Positions 1 through 13,265 are shown, counted from the first letter of the whole stretch. The stretch: DNA of 61,864 nucleotides, filler included, from Hausera hauseri (GCA_046269625.1; 11 parts of 11 records of this genome joined end to end with filler, not necessarily neighbours in it), one strand, 5' to 3'. Program-made: numbers and translations. The notes: generated by a model not told the origin, from the sequence alone.

Positions 1-1296
1 TACCATGGAATCACAATAGCTTTAGCTAAAGGTTCCAAACATGACAAGTAATCAATAACGCAATTATCCCCGACGAAATGATACTATTTTGGCAAAAGAT
101 TGACATCTTTTAATGGGACAAGCAATAAGCCGGCAGCTACAGGAAAATGTTTCTGTTCATATATATCATTATAAGGTGGCAGGACAGATTCAAAATCTGA
201 ATACACGACAAAAGCTGAGGATACAAGCTTAGACAAGTCAGTAAACTGACAGCTTTTTGATGTTGGCATGACACATAGTGTTGATGTATACTATGACTAC
301 TATATAATTTAACATGATTGTCGTATGCTTTCTGATGTCTGAAACCACGCAAACAAACCTGGCACCATGTACAACAGATTTAAATCGCCCCATTGTCATA
401 GTGTAAAAGTCGAGTTAAATTTAAAACAGCAACATAATGAAATTTGTTCGAGTCATGCAATACCAGTAGATTTACAATTTGACTTGCCGAATGATGATGA
501 TGACGATGATGATGACTTTTTGAACGATACAGAACATTGACATATGTTCTTTTGAACATTTCATGCTCCTGATCAATGGCAACATCGACATCATTATTGT
601 AGCCGAACACATCAATTACAAGCCTTTTATTTCTTGCTTCAAACGGAGAAATACCCAATAATTTCATTGGCATCTCTCTTTCTTCATAGTTTAGTTCACG
701 CATAAATGGAAGGTAATTATTTGAACGATAACGATGATGTTGAAAATTTTCGTAATGCAACAGCGAGAATTCTGTATAAAAACACTTATTATCTGAATTT
801 CGCACATTAACTATAGCTTGAGACTGAAGAAGCCCTTTTGGTGTTGCAATATATGAACGCCCGGACAAGTATATAATGTCAGATGTTTTTGTTACGGTAA
901 ATGTAAACTCAATTATCCGACACAATCTCCATTCACTGCCACATTCTGAATACTCGTCAATTTTGTCATTCAATATTTGTCCAACATCCTCAATAAAATC
1001 CTCATTCCATGCTTGTGCACGATATGACAGCCTCCATCGTTTAATGTCACCTTCATAAATTTTCTGAAACTCAACTAAACCGCCAAACTGAATTTTGCAT
1101 GTGCGTAAACGTTCCGTTTCTTCTTTTAGTTTTAAAATTATGTGTCGAGGAACATGTCTCATGTCTATTAAACCATCATTTTCAACATTAATCCTCAAGT
1201 CAACATGAGATCCGTCTAATGTCGAACATCGTTCCACATTCTGATCTTCCAAAATGAAGCGACGTTTCTGCATCACCTTATCCTAAATGGCAACAT
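1..1296 (-). pseudogene. Protein-primed DNA polymerase B (Polinton type), N-terminal part
   Basis: SGRSYIATPKGL..AIVNVRNSDNKCFY, ISPFEARN..IDVFG, VNLLVL..FHYVAVLNLTRLL, CPGCLRGF..NH, then an Exo-I-like FVVYSDFES motif and HFPVAAG. These match the conserved Polinton pPolB N-terminus. Split over ORFs 380-1276, 137-352 and 84-269 and truncated at the window start. Confidence 0.8.
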
Positions 1297-1469
1297 TATT
1301 AACTGACACGGTAATAGAGTTTTTGACGTAATAAGTAGATAAAATGTATTCATATTGCAATAATTTTTTTTACTCTCATGTAGTGTGTATGAAACGAAAT
1401 GTGCAAACAAGTTAACAGTTCGTGAAAAACAACAGCAGTAACATTAACAAGCCTTTTATTATGAAATCA

Positions 1470-2110
1470 AATTCTAAGTATTTTATAGTTATATGGACCA
1501 CGTCAATCAAAATCAATACCACCGTCACTACTACCACCACAAACGCGTCGACAGTAATTCTGAACCATATGTTTTGTTATGGAGAAACAATCTAGAGAAT
1601 TATAAGCGTTAATGTTTTTTGGTTTTCTTCCGCGACAAATTCTAAAATGATAATTATGTGCTTCGTATTGCATCCGTTCAGAATCGTCGTATTCCTTTTT
1701 ACTAATTCCAGACGACGGAAATATCCTAAGTAATTTATTCCTACATGCTGTTGGTGATAATCTGATCATGTCAGGCAATTACCTCATGTACGTAACCGAT
1801 TTATGATAATTTCTACAGGCCCCGGTCAAATTTTCCAACAGACATTGATGCTTGAATCTCATGTCGGAAGAAACTCTATTCATATAATTTTGATACCGCC
1901 AATCCAACCTCTAAAGGTTTTTATTGATGATGATGATGACGATGTTAATGCTGATGATGATGGTGGGAAAAACGCGTCGTAAATTGATTGACATTTAACT
2001 CAATTTTCAATTGACCTAGGACCGATTGGTCAGTTTCGTTTGTATAGTTTAACTGTAATAATAAGGTGTAGAATATTACGAATGTTGAATACGTTGCCAC
2101 CGTCTTTTTT
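1470..2110 (-). pseudogene. Unknown cargo gene, paralogue A
   Basis: QCLLENLTG..YMR*LPDMIRLSPTACRNKLLRI..NSLDCF..KHMVQNYCR is clearly homologous to 2810-3680. Has internal stops. Confidence 0.5.
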
Positions 2111-2809
2111 TAATGAAAATAAATTTTACTATGATGACAATGATTTTATTTTATACATATACTAAGATTATGATTTTGTTTTTGTAAAATAACTGACATA
2201 TTTTACCAAAATTGATGAACGTTAAGTCTAAAACAGTGAAAGGAGCATTTAATTCTGTTTAGTCTTCAAAAACATCACACCCAGAAAGAAAACTTAATAT
2301 TGTTTATAAAATAGTTAAATGAATAATTGATATAGTATAGTCGAATTATCTGTTTGTGGGCGACCTTTTGAAAAACTAAATTGAAACAAAATCATATTCA
2401 TTACTCTTTTTACTTAAAGTTCATCGAATCATACCATAGAAACAGGGGAGTACAAAAAAGTCATAACTCTAATGTATATATATGCAATGGTAATTACATG
2501 GTGATTTTACAAAATGTCTGGATATATATTGATTTAATTCGAAATAATAAAATCACATATTTACATTTTTTGTTTGTCATTTAGCCATACCATGTACGTT
2601 AATTTCAAACGAAATTATAACTCGAGTACCGTAACGTTTTATGAACAACTTTAATTAATATAAATGCAAATCTGACAAATCTAACTGAAATATGTGTCGG
2701 ATATCTTAATTCTTGTTACCTGTGATATTTATTAAAGAAATTGTGTAAATTCCCAAACAAAAACAACAGCCACAATAAGAATAACAAAAGGCATTTATTA
2801 TGAAATCAG

Positions 2810-3680
2810 ATTCTAAATGTTTTGTACTTAAAAGACCCACGCCAATCCAAATCAGTACAATTAACTCACCGACAGTAATTATCAACCATGTTTTACTAAT
2901 TTAAAACAATTTAATGAATTATCGTCATTGATGTTCTCCTCTTCATCATAGATCCTGTTGTATTCGACATATTTCGTTTCATTAATTTCCCATGGTAAAA
3001 CTATCCTATTCAATTTACTTATACATGCTGCTGGAGACAGTCTGATTACATCTGGTAATTTTCTTGTGTAACATGGACGATCACTTCCAGACGAGCCTGT
3101 TAAATTTTCCAATAGATATTGATTATTATAGCTAATGCTTATTGTACACGCTAATACAGATGAGCTGACTCTGCTTAAACTTTCCGCAAGTAGCATTCTC
3201 TCCCAGTCCTCGGTCAAAACTGAGTGGAATTTGGAAAAGAATGGATAATCAGTGATGATACAAGTTGATGTCAATGAATGTGTTCCACATTGTAGGAGTC
3301 TTTTTGACATTTTAGAATCTTGTCTGTCTTTGGTTTTATCGGATTTTGGTCTCTCACAACAATGACGTCCGATTACCCGATAGAAATTCGAACAAATTCC
3401 AAAACGAACCAAACCAGAATCTTCCTCCGTAAAAGTAAACACGAACGACGTTCTCTTGCAAGCAAAGCCGTCTGTTGAAATTTGTCAAACATCCATCCGG
3501 TTGACGAAGTGGAACAAGGTCAACAGACAATATAAAATTTAGGTAATCCATTGGAGGATACCGACGTAACAATTTCGGTGAATGTACTTGTTCCTGGCAT
3601 AGGGCTATTTTGATCCAACAATAACGAGATAATCAATGAATTGTGGACACGACTCTAGATTGTTGAGTAGAAAACTCATT
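2810..3680 (-). pseudogene. Unknown cargo gene, paralogue B
   Basis: QYLLENLTG..YTRKLPDVIRLSPAACISKLNRI..NSLNCF..KH. ORFs 3354-3572 and 2882-3442 are joined by a frameshift. Shares its 3' tail and AATAAA with paralogue A. Confidence 0.55.
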
Positions 3681-4205
3681 TACAAAATTAATGAACGACA
3701 AAATTTGACGATAAAACAATTTCTTTATTTTCAATTATTTTTTTAAACTAAAATAAAAAAATCATATACAAGGCTTGCCAATCCGTAAATATGGGCAAAT
3801 CACTGTATGTACGGAACAACCCAAACAATCACCAAAGTAGCCACACAATCAATAGTCCATTTCCTTACAAAATAATAATCACAACTATTTCATGTATCAT
3901 CATCATCATATAAGACAAAGGATACTAGAGTAGCACAGAAAATGTCAACACTAAATCAACAGTTAAGATTCAATTGTCTTTGACTCTGTTTTATACATCG
4001 GTGGATTATATGATTAATTGTGCATACTCTGAATTTGATCTAGACCCGTTAGAAAACGAGACTGGGGTTTTCGGAATGCGTTTGGCGGTTCTGTATATGA
4101 CCGAAAATAAATGTCTGGCGTTCTATTATTGATATTATGACTGTTTTGCATAGTATGGACAAAATATTTCGTTGATTTTAAAATCCATCAAACGGAAGCC
4201 ACATC

Positions 4206-4655
4206 TTATCGATGGCTAAAGTATGCATGGTGCATAATTACGTTACAATGCAGTTTACGTCTTTCATTGAAGTAACTCCAGCAATAAATACGCGTTGTTT
4301 GAAGGTCTAGAAAATTTGAAATGGCCCCTTTTAATAAATTATTAGCCAATTGCTTAAAATATGGGTTGTGACTTATTTTAACGTGTTCATTGAATTTGTC
4401 TTCACTCCAGTACGGTACATCACACACCATACAGACATGCATGCCTTTGTCAAAATTCATTTTCGTAGCATGCTTACGTATGACATGGGGATGGAATTGA
4501 TCATTACTTGGCAGAACTTCTGAACAAGCAATGCATGCATACGGCTGCCGTTTGTTACTATCATTTATCATTTGAATTAGATACGATAATTCGAATCCAT
4601 AAGTGTTTACCAATAATGTGATTATCGAATTGACTGTCACACTCTGGTAATTCAA
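4206..4655 (-). CDS. Small two-finger C2H2 zinc-finger protein (Polinton cargo)
   Basis: CIACSEVLPSNDQFHPHVIRKH and CMVCDVPYWSEDKFNEHVKISH; intronless; the true start codon is uncertain. Confidence 0.6.
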   Translation of the reverse strand: MNYQSVTVNSIITLLVNTYGFELSYLIQMINDSNKRQPYACIACSEVLPSNDQFHPHVIRKHATKMNFDKGMHVCMVCDVPYWSEDKFNEHVKISHNPYFKQLANNLLKGAISNFLDLQTTRIYCWSYFNERRKLHCNVIMHHAYFSHR

Positions 4656-4869
4656 ATGGATCGGGCCTTTTGTCGGATTTACTTTTTTTTATTGGAAACG
4701 AACATTCCCCACAGCGGTTCGAATAAACTTTCTTTGGCGAACGACAACACAACAGGCGAACGACAACACAACAGGCGAACAAAAGCACAACCCCCGAGTG
4801 AAACCTCCTACCTCGGCGTAATAAGCAAACAAATGGGAGACCGAATTTCACTGAACTCTTACATAAATG

Positions 4870-5298
4870 CTCAATGTGTAGATTTATGCTTAAGACAATC
4901 ATGGTCCTGGGCAGAATGTTTGTTGATTTTGAATTTACAGATTAGGCAGGTGAAATAATCACGATCTTCATGGCACTGAGTTACCAGATGGCTATAAAGA
5001 CTGGATTCATTATTTCAAATGCAACTACACGAATAACAGGAACAATCGGTTTTCGTTTGAGTGGCGTGGTCTGTTTTATCACCATGGGAATAGATTCTAT
5101 ATCTGAGTCTTGACCTGCTAGTAGTTAGCATATTTTGTCAATAATAAAATCCATTCTCATGAACAGATCCACTTGAGCATTGACGAAGAGATTGCAACTA
5201 AGTTGGTCATAAAGCATCAAAAAATATGTTGCAATTTGCTAATAGAACATCGTAATTTGACGATATAACCGTTGTCTTTGTTCCGCAGAAAATTTAAG
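4870..5298 (-). pseudogene. Degraded zinc-finger-like gene
   Basis: Manual translation gives CYSCSCI*NNESSLYSHLVTQCH..FTCLICKFKINKHSAQDHDC with stops. Confidence 0.3.
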
Positions 5299-5398
5299 NN
5301 NNNNNNNNNNNNNNNNNNNNNNNNNNNNNNNNNNNNNNNNNNTTAATTAATTAANNNNNNNNNNNNNNNNNNNNNNNNNNNNNNNNNNNNNNNNNNNN
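5299..5398. other. Artificial contig linker (N44-TTAATTAATTAA-N44)
   Basis: The same 100-bp spacer, with stops in all six frames, recurs at 9966-10065, 17343-17442, 23356-23455, 30795-30894, 35692-35791, 41769-41868, 46186-46285, 51851-51950 and 57791-57890. Confidence 0.99.
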
Positions 5399-6293
5399 TC
5401 ACATCACAGACTCCTTCTTGCGGGCTAACAGCTTGCTGCTACTTCTTCCAGCAAATATCAAACAGCAAATCAATAATCTGGCCGAGATACTCAACTCTTC
5501 AAATCCATACGATATGCTTCACGAATAAGTTCTGCATATCACCGACCCTTCCATTGACAGCATAATTTTGAAATACTTTAATGAACATGCCATCGGAAAT
5601 CAAAAACCGTCGGATTTTCTTAAAACTGCAATCGCGCAACTGAGCTCCTTAGGCGTCACCCCTACAAACAATGCCGATCTTCTTTGTCGGTATTTTCTTT
5701 TACCTTTGCCAACCTCTACCAGAGCATTGCTCACGGTAGTAGACGACTCAACGGCCCTTCAAAAGCTCGCCTTATTGGCAGACAAAAGTTTTGACATTTT
5801 GCAATATAATAGTTCACAGCCACTAGCTACAGCAACCGCTCGCGCACTGTCACACAGTGATAACACTTTTTTTTCACAACAACTGCATATGATACAGAAG
5901 CAAGTCGACACACTTCAATAGGCAGTCTATGCGATCACAGCCAAACTCAGAGACTTATCCGTGCCTCGAAGAAACGAAAGCCATGCTTCGTGCAATCGTA
6001 GCTTTTCCAGGCACACCTCTCGGTCCTAATCTCGAGATGGTAGAGTAATTTGCTTTTATTACAATAAATTCGGTAGAGACGCAAGAAAGTGTGTTTTAGG
6101 CTGTCGATTTTACGATGAACGTTATACAGTAGCCAATCCAATCTGCATCTATCACACAAAGTATTAGTCTAAGGCTAGGTTATGTGTGCCAGAATGCATA
6201 TATTATAAAAAGAATTCTAGTTTTTCTCCATCTTCTTCGCCTCCTCGTACTCATTATTCCTTTTCTTTATCCCAACAATCCTCGAAAACTAAT

Positions 6294-9200
6294 AATGCCA
6301 GCAAATGCCACGGCACATTCTGGCACAGGCAATATCGCTCAAACTTCTTGCCGTTTCGACACCTCTTGCAGCCTTTATGTTAAAAGCTAAAATGTTATTT
6401 GGAGACACCTCACACATAGACTTCCTTATCGATTCAGGAGCTGCCTTTTCACTTCTTTCTTTGTCCTTCGCTCCTGCATCTAACACAGTTTTCTCTCCTC
6501 CACTCTTTACTGCCTCTGGTCAACCCTTGAACATTGTAGGTATCACTAAACTGTTTTTCACATTCTCCAACCTTCCAAGGAAATTCTCCTGGAAATTTCG
6601 AATAGCCAATATCAGATCGCCCATAATTGGCTCCGATTTCCTGGCTGCACACGATTTGTTAGTCGACTGTAAGCATAAATGCCTCCTGCGTAGAACCTTG
6701 TTGCAAACACCAACAAATGCTCACCAAACGACCAGTCGGACACTTTGTTTTCCTCTGTTCACTCAAATGTCAATTTGACATGTTGCTCATCGACTGATAA
6801 CAACACGCTTAATAATTCATCAATGTTTTCAATTTCATCAAGTGAGAACAAATCAATCTTGAAACAATCGATTTAACCGAATATCATTAACAAAGTGTTC
6901 CGTGATTCTACATTAAATACAGCCACCGACTCTTCCACTAATATGCCCTCATCATTTTTATCGCTGGAATCCAATCTTAAATCCTTCATCAAAACTTCAT
7001 GCTTCCGTACTCTTAAGAAGGACATATATTTCAAGCCCTATTCTACAACTTATCACCACACAGTCACCGAACATCAAAGACCTATCAGACAAAAGGTAAG
7101 GTCACTGTCACCTCGCATACGAAAAGCCGCTAAATCAGAGTTCAATGAACTCAAAAAGGCTGGCATTATTCGAAGATCCAATTCACCATGGGTTTCACCG
7201 TTTCATGTAATAACAAAGAAAGATGGCACTTACAGACCATGTGGTGACTATCGTCAATTAAATAATCTAACAGTCCTAAATGCTTACCCTCTACCTTTCA
7301 TAAACGACATCCTGCACAGTCTTACCAACATTAACACGTACTGCACAATTGACTTGCATAAAGCATATCATCAAATTCCGGTTGCACATGATGATATTCC
7401 AAACACTGCTATTATTACTCCATTTAGTCTCTACGAATATATCTTTATGCCATTTGGTTTACGTAGTGCTTCTCAAACTTTCCAACGGCACATTGATACC
7501 GTACTTTCAGGCCTTGACTTCTCTCATCCATATATTGATGACATATTAGTTGCCTCTACGTCTGTCAAACAACATCAAGAACACCTTCATATTATCTTTC
7601 ACAAATTACATCATAGCAATTTGCAAGTTAACTTCTCCAAGTGTCATTTCTTTCAAAAAAGTGTAAATTTCCTAGGTCACATCGTCACTCCTCACGGCCA
7701 CTCTCCACAACCGGATCGACTACAATAATTGAAGAATATAACTCTATCAACGACTACCACGGACATGAGAAGCTTCTTAGGCACATTCCACTTTATCCAC
7801 AAATATGTACCTCAGTGTTCTGAGCTCACATCACCTTTTGCACATTTATCATCCGGGAAAAGAGGCAGTTGATCCACTAGACACCCGATTTAGTTACTAA
7901 GTTTGACCACTTACGCGATGGCCTAAAATCCGTCGAAATATTGTCCTATCAAAAGCCCAAAGCAGATCTTATACTTACCATCAATGCCTCGACCACAGCC
8001 ACCGGTGCGGTACTACACCAAATTTCCAACGGGGTTGATGAACCACTATAATTTTACTCTAGGAAGCTTACACAACCTGAAAGCTGCTACTCAACATTTG
8101 ACCGTGAGTTACTCGCCATAGTTCCGGCAGTAAAACATTTAAACATCTACATCTTACTTGTCCATTTGTGATTCAAACTGATCACAAGCCTCTCCTGCAC
8201 ATCATGTCGATAAAACAGCCATCACCGAGGCGAGAGAGACATATATCATACCTGTTCACGTTCAGTTTTGTTTTGGAATACATCTCAGGCACAGATAATT
8301 TGGTAGCAGATTTTCTATCGAGGTCGGTTGGCTCCATCACTGTTGAGCCGATTTTTTCATCCGAAGTTTTGAAGGCAAATCTACCGTCTGCTGACTTCCT
8401 TAGTTCTTTCAAATCCTTCGAGATTATTGATGGCATTGCTTATGTAACGTCGAATACCGGTAATAAAAAGATCATTCTAACACCACCTTTACAAAAGCCT
8501 GCTTTCGTTCATACTCACTCACTTCATCATCCGAGTTCAAAAGCAACCTTTCGCCTGCTTCAACGTAATGTAGTATGGCCATCAATGCGCAAAGATGTAC
8601 AGGGCTGGATTAAAGAATGCATAACCTGTCAAAAATACAAAATCAACAAACACCTCAAACCCCTGCTGTACCATTTTTCCTGCACATCACGTTTCCATAC
8701 GGTTCATCTTGATCTAGTTGGTCCTTTACCTTCAGACAACGGATATCAACATATACTTATCATGATGGATCGTGCTTCTCGCTGACCTGAAGCCGTTTTT
8801 TTTCGTTCAAAGAACACTTCAGTTGCCGACGCTTTTATTAAAATCTGAATCAGTCGCTTTGGTTCACCACGTCACATAATAACGTATTAAGGTCCACAAT
8901 TTGAGTCGGACCTTTTCAAATCACTTGTCAAGCGTTTGGGAATATCTCATTTCTATACAACTCCATATCATCCTCAAGCAAATGGCTTCCTGGAAAGGTT
9001 CCATAAAACAATCAAAGTTTTCTTAAAAATCTTGGCTGACACTCATCGCAATTGGACGTCCATTCTACCATTTGTTCTACTAGGTTGGCGCAACACACCC
9101 TCAACCACTACCGGTTGTGCTCCAGCCGAAGCACTCTTCGGGATTCCAATTCGGACCTTGTTTGAACTTTCTGATCTCTACGACAAACCCACAGACGAAA

Positions 9201-9500
9201 ACATTCGTGTAGCACAATTTCAATTCGTCGAGGTCAGCTCAGACTTATTCTGTCGCCTCTTTAACAACAATAAATCCTACATTCCGAAGGATTTATATTC
9301 CGCCAAGTTTGTGTAATTGAAGGATCAATCGCCTTCAGGCTTTAGACCTTAATATTTTGGTCCGTACAAACTGCTAAATCTTTCATCTCACATAGCTACC
9401 GTTTTACACCAAGATAAACCTTATAACGCCCACATTTCGAATCTGAAGCCAGCTTTCTTTATTGATGACAATCCGAATGCCAATGCTGCCACCAATTCAA
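6294..9500 (+). pseudogene. pol: pol (PR-RT-RH-IN) of gypsy copy A
   Basis: ORFs 6305-6778, 6895-7728, 8168-8785 and 8936-9316 are broken by stops and frameshifts. Confidence 0.93.
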
Positions 9501-9899
9501 ACTCAATTCCTACTCATACCGACTTTCTAAACGATCTTGAGTCATTGCAGCAATCACCGTTCGATCACACTAAATCATCATTTCCTCCATCTATCTCGCC
9601 TCCCTCTCTTCCCTCATGCTCACTAACTTCTTCACTTCCCTTTTTGCTTGACTCATCTTCGCTATCATCTCCATCACAAAATATCACTCAACAGCCCAGC
9701 ACAAATCCATCAAGTAAGGTACGCAGTGACATTCAATACGTATAGCAGAGAAAAGATCTTTGATGGCACACAACGTCTGACCCGTACTAAAACCTGATAG
9801 GCACCGAACATGGTTACCTGTTGCGACTCATTCTTTTCATCCATCTTATTTTCATCATTTTTATTTTTTTTCGTCTTCACATCGTTTCTTTTCTGCCAT

Positions 9900-9965
9900 G
9901 GGGGGGTGATATGGTGCCGTGATTGCGAAAGTAGCTCGTGCTCCGTCAACACCCAATTCTGTGCA
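9900..9965 (+). repeat. Polypurine tract (G7) and probable start of the 3' LTR
   Basis: GGGGGGG at 9900-9906 is followed by TG, downstream of the integrase and a pyrimidine-rich 3' region. Confidence 0.55.
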
Positions 9966-10811
9966 NNNNNNNNNNNNNNNNNNNNNNNNNNNNNNNNNNN
10001 NNNNNNNNNTTAATTAATTAANNNNNNNNNNNNNNNNNNNNNNNNNNNNNNNNNNNNNNNNNNNNACAGCATCCAGAGCAAAGTGCTTTCAGTCTCTAGG
10101 GGAGAGTGCCAGACAGCGTGTCCATTATCAGGGATTAATGGAGAACTTTTTCTCTTTGCTGTCCATTAATGCCAAATTACAGACACCTCAGAGGACATTA
10201 TCACGAGTATACAGATAAATATAGTTCAAAAGCTCAAAAGCTGAAAGGCTCAAAGCTGATTCTAAAAATGAAAAGATCATCTGCAGACAGAAGACTGTCA
10301 CAATGTAACTCAAAACAGGGAACAGAACAGTTTTATTTTGCTGATTTGCTTGATAGTCATCTATGTTTATGTTACTGGGTCAGATACTTATAGAGACAGT
10401 AGTTTGTGAGACTTGTTGGTAGAAATACACATGACAGCATGGTACATACTTGGTAATAATCTGGTGCATTTTTTGTACATACCTGGTACCCACTGGACCA
10501 GTGTGTAATTGACGCGTTACCTACCAGGTACTTACATAATATCTATTGAGTATATATTTGGTATCTACAGGGACAGGGCTGTATTATGAAGTCACTTGTG
10601 ACCATGCACTTTCCTGCTACATACCTGTTGGCTTCCTGGTATTTGCTCAGTACTTACTGGGGACTTATCTGTAAAATGAAGTGACATGTTACTCTGTACT
10701 TAGTAATATGTATCTGATAATACCTGGTATTTACTGAGTATTTACCTTATACTTTATTGGTACTTATGAGGACAGGACTGAATTATGAAACGACTTGTTA
10801 CCTTGTACTTA

Positions 10812-11438
10812 TGGTTAGGGTATATGGGGATGGGTGAAACCCATGTGAGTGGAGCCTCATAAGTGGACCCATTACTCCCCCCCACAGAGATACTGAGCTT
10901 TTAATCAAACCTTTGCGTCCCTCAGAAGAAGGACACCAGGTTAGAAACACTCAGTGTTCTGAGCTTCTCAGGATCCATACAAGCTGCCCCGGGAATTTTT
11001 TCCCTTTGACTACTCAGGGCCAAGCACTGGCCCAAGTAGTGCAGAGAGGTCTCTAATTCAATGCCACAGACATCACACAGACCATTTTCATGGAGTCCCA
11101 TTACCATTTTATGGAGATTGAGCAAGGACTCTGTTAGGACTCCAACCAGGGTACTTAGAGTTTTCCTTGTCAGGGCAAGAAGGGCTTTTCCAAACCAAGG
11201 ATTTGGGCCTTTTATCAGTTCTCATGCCTGTCTACAGTCCGTCAGCTCCCTCCAACAGATCAAGTGTTGACGTCTGATCCAGGCCAGTAGGGCAATCCTA
11301 CAGACTGTTGTTGAAATGCCTATAGCAGGCTCTGGTCCTTTAAAGCGGGCTTGACTGCCAGCTTTTGCAAGGTAGTCAGCTCTCTCATTACCCTTAATGC
11401 CAGTATGTCCTGGTACCCATTTAATAGTAACACTGTTG
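10812..11438 (-). mobile_element. 5'-truncated non-LTR retrotransposon (RNase H + CCHC end, LOA/Lian-like) with a 12-bp TSD
   Basis: VTIKWVPGHTGIKGNERADYLAKAG..GPEPAIGIS..CDVCGIELETSLHYLGQCLAL. Flanked by ACCTTGTACTTA at 10800-10811 and 11439-11450. The 3' end reads CCCTAACC. Confidence 0.75.
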
Positions 11439-13159
11439 ACCTTGTACTTACCTGGTACTTTCTAGATTTACTTTGTCAGTAACAAGTCAATAAAATATCA
11501 GTATCGCATACATACCAGATAAATACAAGCTTGATACCAGTTTGTATTATGTATTGCTATCAAATTGTCTTCTAGTTGGATTGCTAACTAGTCTAAATGC
11601 ATGACTGAACACAAACAAACAAACAAACAAACAAGTTCTTAAAATAAAAACACAAACAGCACATCATTTCAATACTTTGTGTTTAAAAGCTTTTACAAAA
11701 ACGTTTTTTCTGACTTCTGTGCTTGAACCCAGCTTCTGTCTGGTGGCTAACTCTTTATTTCAAAAGGCTAATCAAGTCAGCAGCCCCAAGATTTCACCAC
11801 TTCCACATATCCACTGTGCTTATACCTTCACCATTGACATAAAAAGCTGGTCCTGACTCCATAATCTCCTCCTGAAGTGAAGCATTCGGAGCAGTGGCGA
11901 TGAATCTGAAGCAAACAGCTTTCATTCCTCGGACACATTCTAATTTGAAATGCTCCAGGGAAATCAGGTAGGGTGGTCGGTGTCGAAAAAAATGACAGCA
12001 GCTTTCATGTTGGCGAAAGCACAGAAATGGCAGAGCTCCCCCTCCTCCTGTTTCAAGGGGTATGTTTAAGTTCAGAGCATGTGAGACTTGTCCCGTCGAG
12101 ACAAAACAATCGTCCAGTTCCGGGTCCAATTCATCAAAGTGACAGTGCTTGGCCACATGGAAATGAATGAATAAATAAAAAGGAACAGATTCAGGGTGTG
12201 GATAAAGAAAAGCCTGATGGGCAGATGCTGTCAGAAAGGACTGTCACTAGCTATACTGTTCAGCCCTTGTTAGCAGAATGACATCCACAGACACAGAGAC
12301 ACTTGCATAAATCACAAATAAATGGCATTTAATGGCTAAAATAAGATTTCCTCATCACAATGCCCCCTTTCACCTCTTATCCAATAATACAGCAGTGACT
12401 GGACTCACGTCAGATCTGTTGCATCTAGACTGATGGAAGAAAGATGAAAGCACCTGTCTTTGGAAAAATCAAACTTCAGCATCCTTTTATTGACTCTGAC
12501 TGTTGGAAATCTTTGAAAGTACCTCGTGTGGATACAGATAATCTGCTTTATCCTGATCATACCAGTGCACTATTACTTCTCAAATAAAAATGACATTTTT
12601 ATCTGGTCAGAGATGACATTTAGAAGCATTTAAAAATTACTCAGTTTCAAATGATGTAGCTTAATTAAAAAACACTTTCATGTTTGTATAGATTAAAAAA
12701 GGCTTCAGGATGATACAGTTATAGTATTAGTTTAACCTGGTGTGAGACTCTTTTCACAGATCTGGAGTTTTATTCCAGAGACATGACAAAGAAAAAAAAA
12801 CAGTTCTAAATCAAATCCATGAGTCAAATTTCCAGGAAGAATTTTCTGGAGGAGTATGGAAGCTCTGGCTCAGCTCAGCCAATCCACAAGCAGAAATCGG
12901 CGATGTCAAAATCGTAAATGTCCTAGTTCTGTTGGAACTGGAAACACATTTGACTGAGACTGAACTAAAGAGAACGGCACACATGGAGAGGGGGCCTTAG
13001 ACTTTGACTTTGATTGTGTCATAGCTCATGTGTGATACCCATAGCATTAGCATGGCATATGATCTTCCAGGGGGCTCTTTAAAGGGTAGACCATGGTCCA
13101 GTTTCTGACTCAAATTAAGTTTTATCTGTACCCAGATCTGTCATTATGTTTTTTTTGTA

Positions 13160-13265
13160 GTGTTTTCAACTGAATATAGGTTGAAAAGGATTTGTAAATC
13201 ATTGTATTCTGTTTGTATTTATGCTGTATGCATCATCCCAACTTTATAGGAATTAGGGTATTATT
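13160..13265. mobile_element. Tc1-like transposon terminal fragment (fish type)
   Basis: AAAAGGATTTGTAAATCATTGTATTCTGTTT..TCCCAACTTTATAGGAATTAGGGT resembles common teleost Tc1 TIR ends (recognised from memory). Confidence 0.55.

Larger units (their letters stand above)
1..5298 (-). mobile_element. Decayed Polinton/Maverick-like segment (pPolB plus cargo genes)
   Basis: Compact, intronless, co-oriented minus-strand ORFs, including a protein-primed PolB N-terminal region. Many stops and frameshifts. No termini visible (contig ends). Confidence 0.65.
5399..9965 (+). mobile_element. Ty3/gypsy LTR retrotransposon copy A (decayed, 5' end missing)
   Basis: Gag (QKPSDFL..LCRYFL), protease FLIDSGAAFS, RT (SPWVSP..YRPCGDYRQLN..YIDDIL), RNase H (YSTFDRELLAI..TDHKPL), integrase (HSLHHP..CITCQ..HLDLVGPLP..YHPQANGFLERFH), in gypsy PR-RT-RH-IN order. 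Confidence 0.95.

Noticed and set aside
491-514. Poly-His/Thr/Pro runs in Polinton ORFs (also about 38653, 40447, 36648)
   Set aside because: Short trinucleotide slippage in decaying sequence, with no evidence of function.
5299-5398. Recurrent TTAATTAATTAA palindrome between N-runs, and ORFs ending in XXXLIN
   Set aside because: Artificial six-frame-stop linker used to join contigs; not biological.
8783-9316. In-frame TGA at conserved Trp positions (8783, 8846 and in penton 2), suggesting TGA=Trp recoding
   Set aside because: TAG (about 7878) and TAA (9314) also replace Trp, frameshifts are common, and VCP uses the standard code. Ordinary pseudogene decay explains it.
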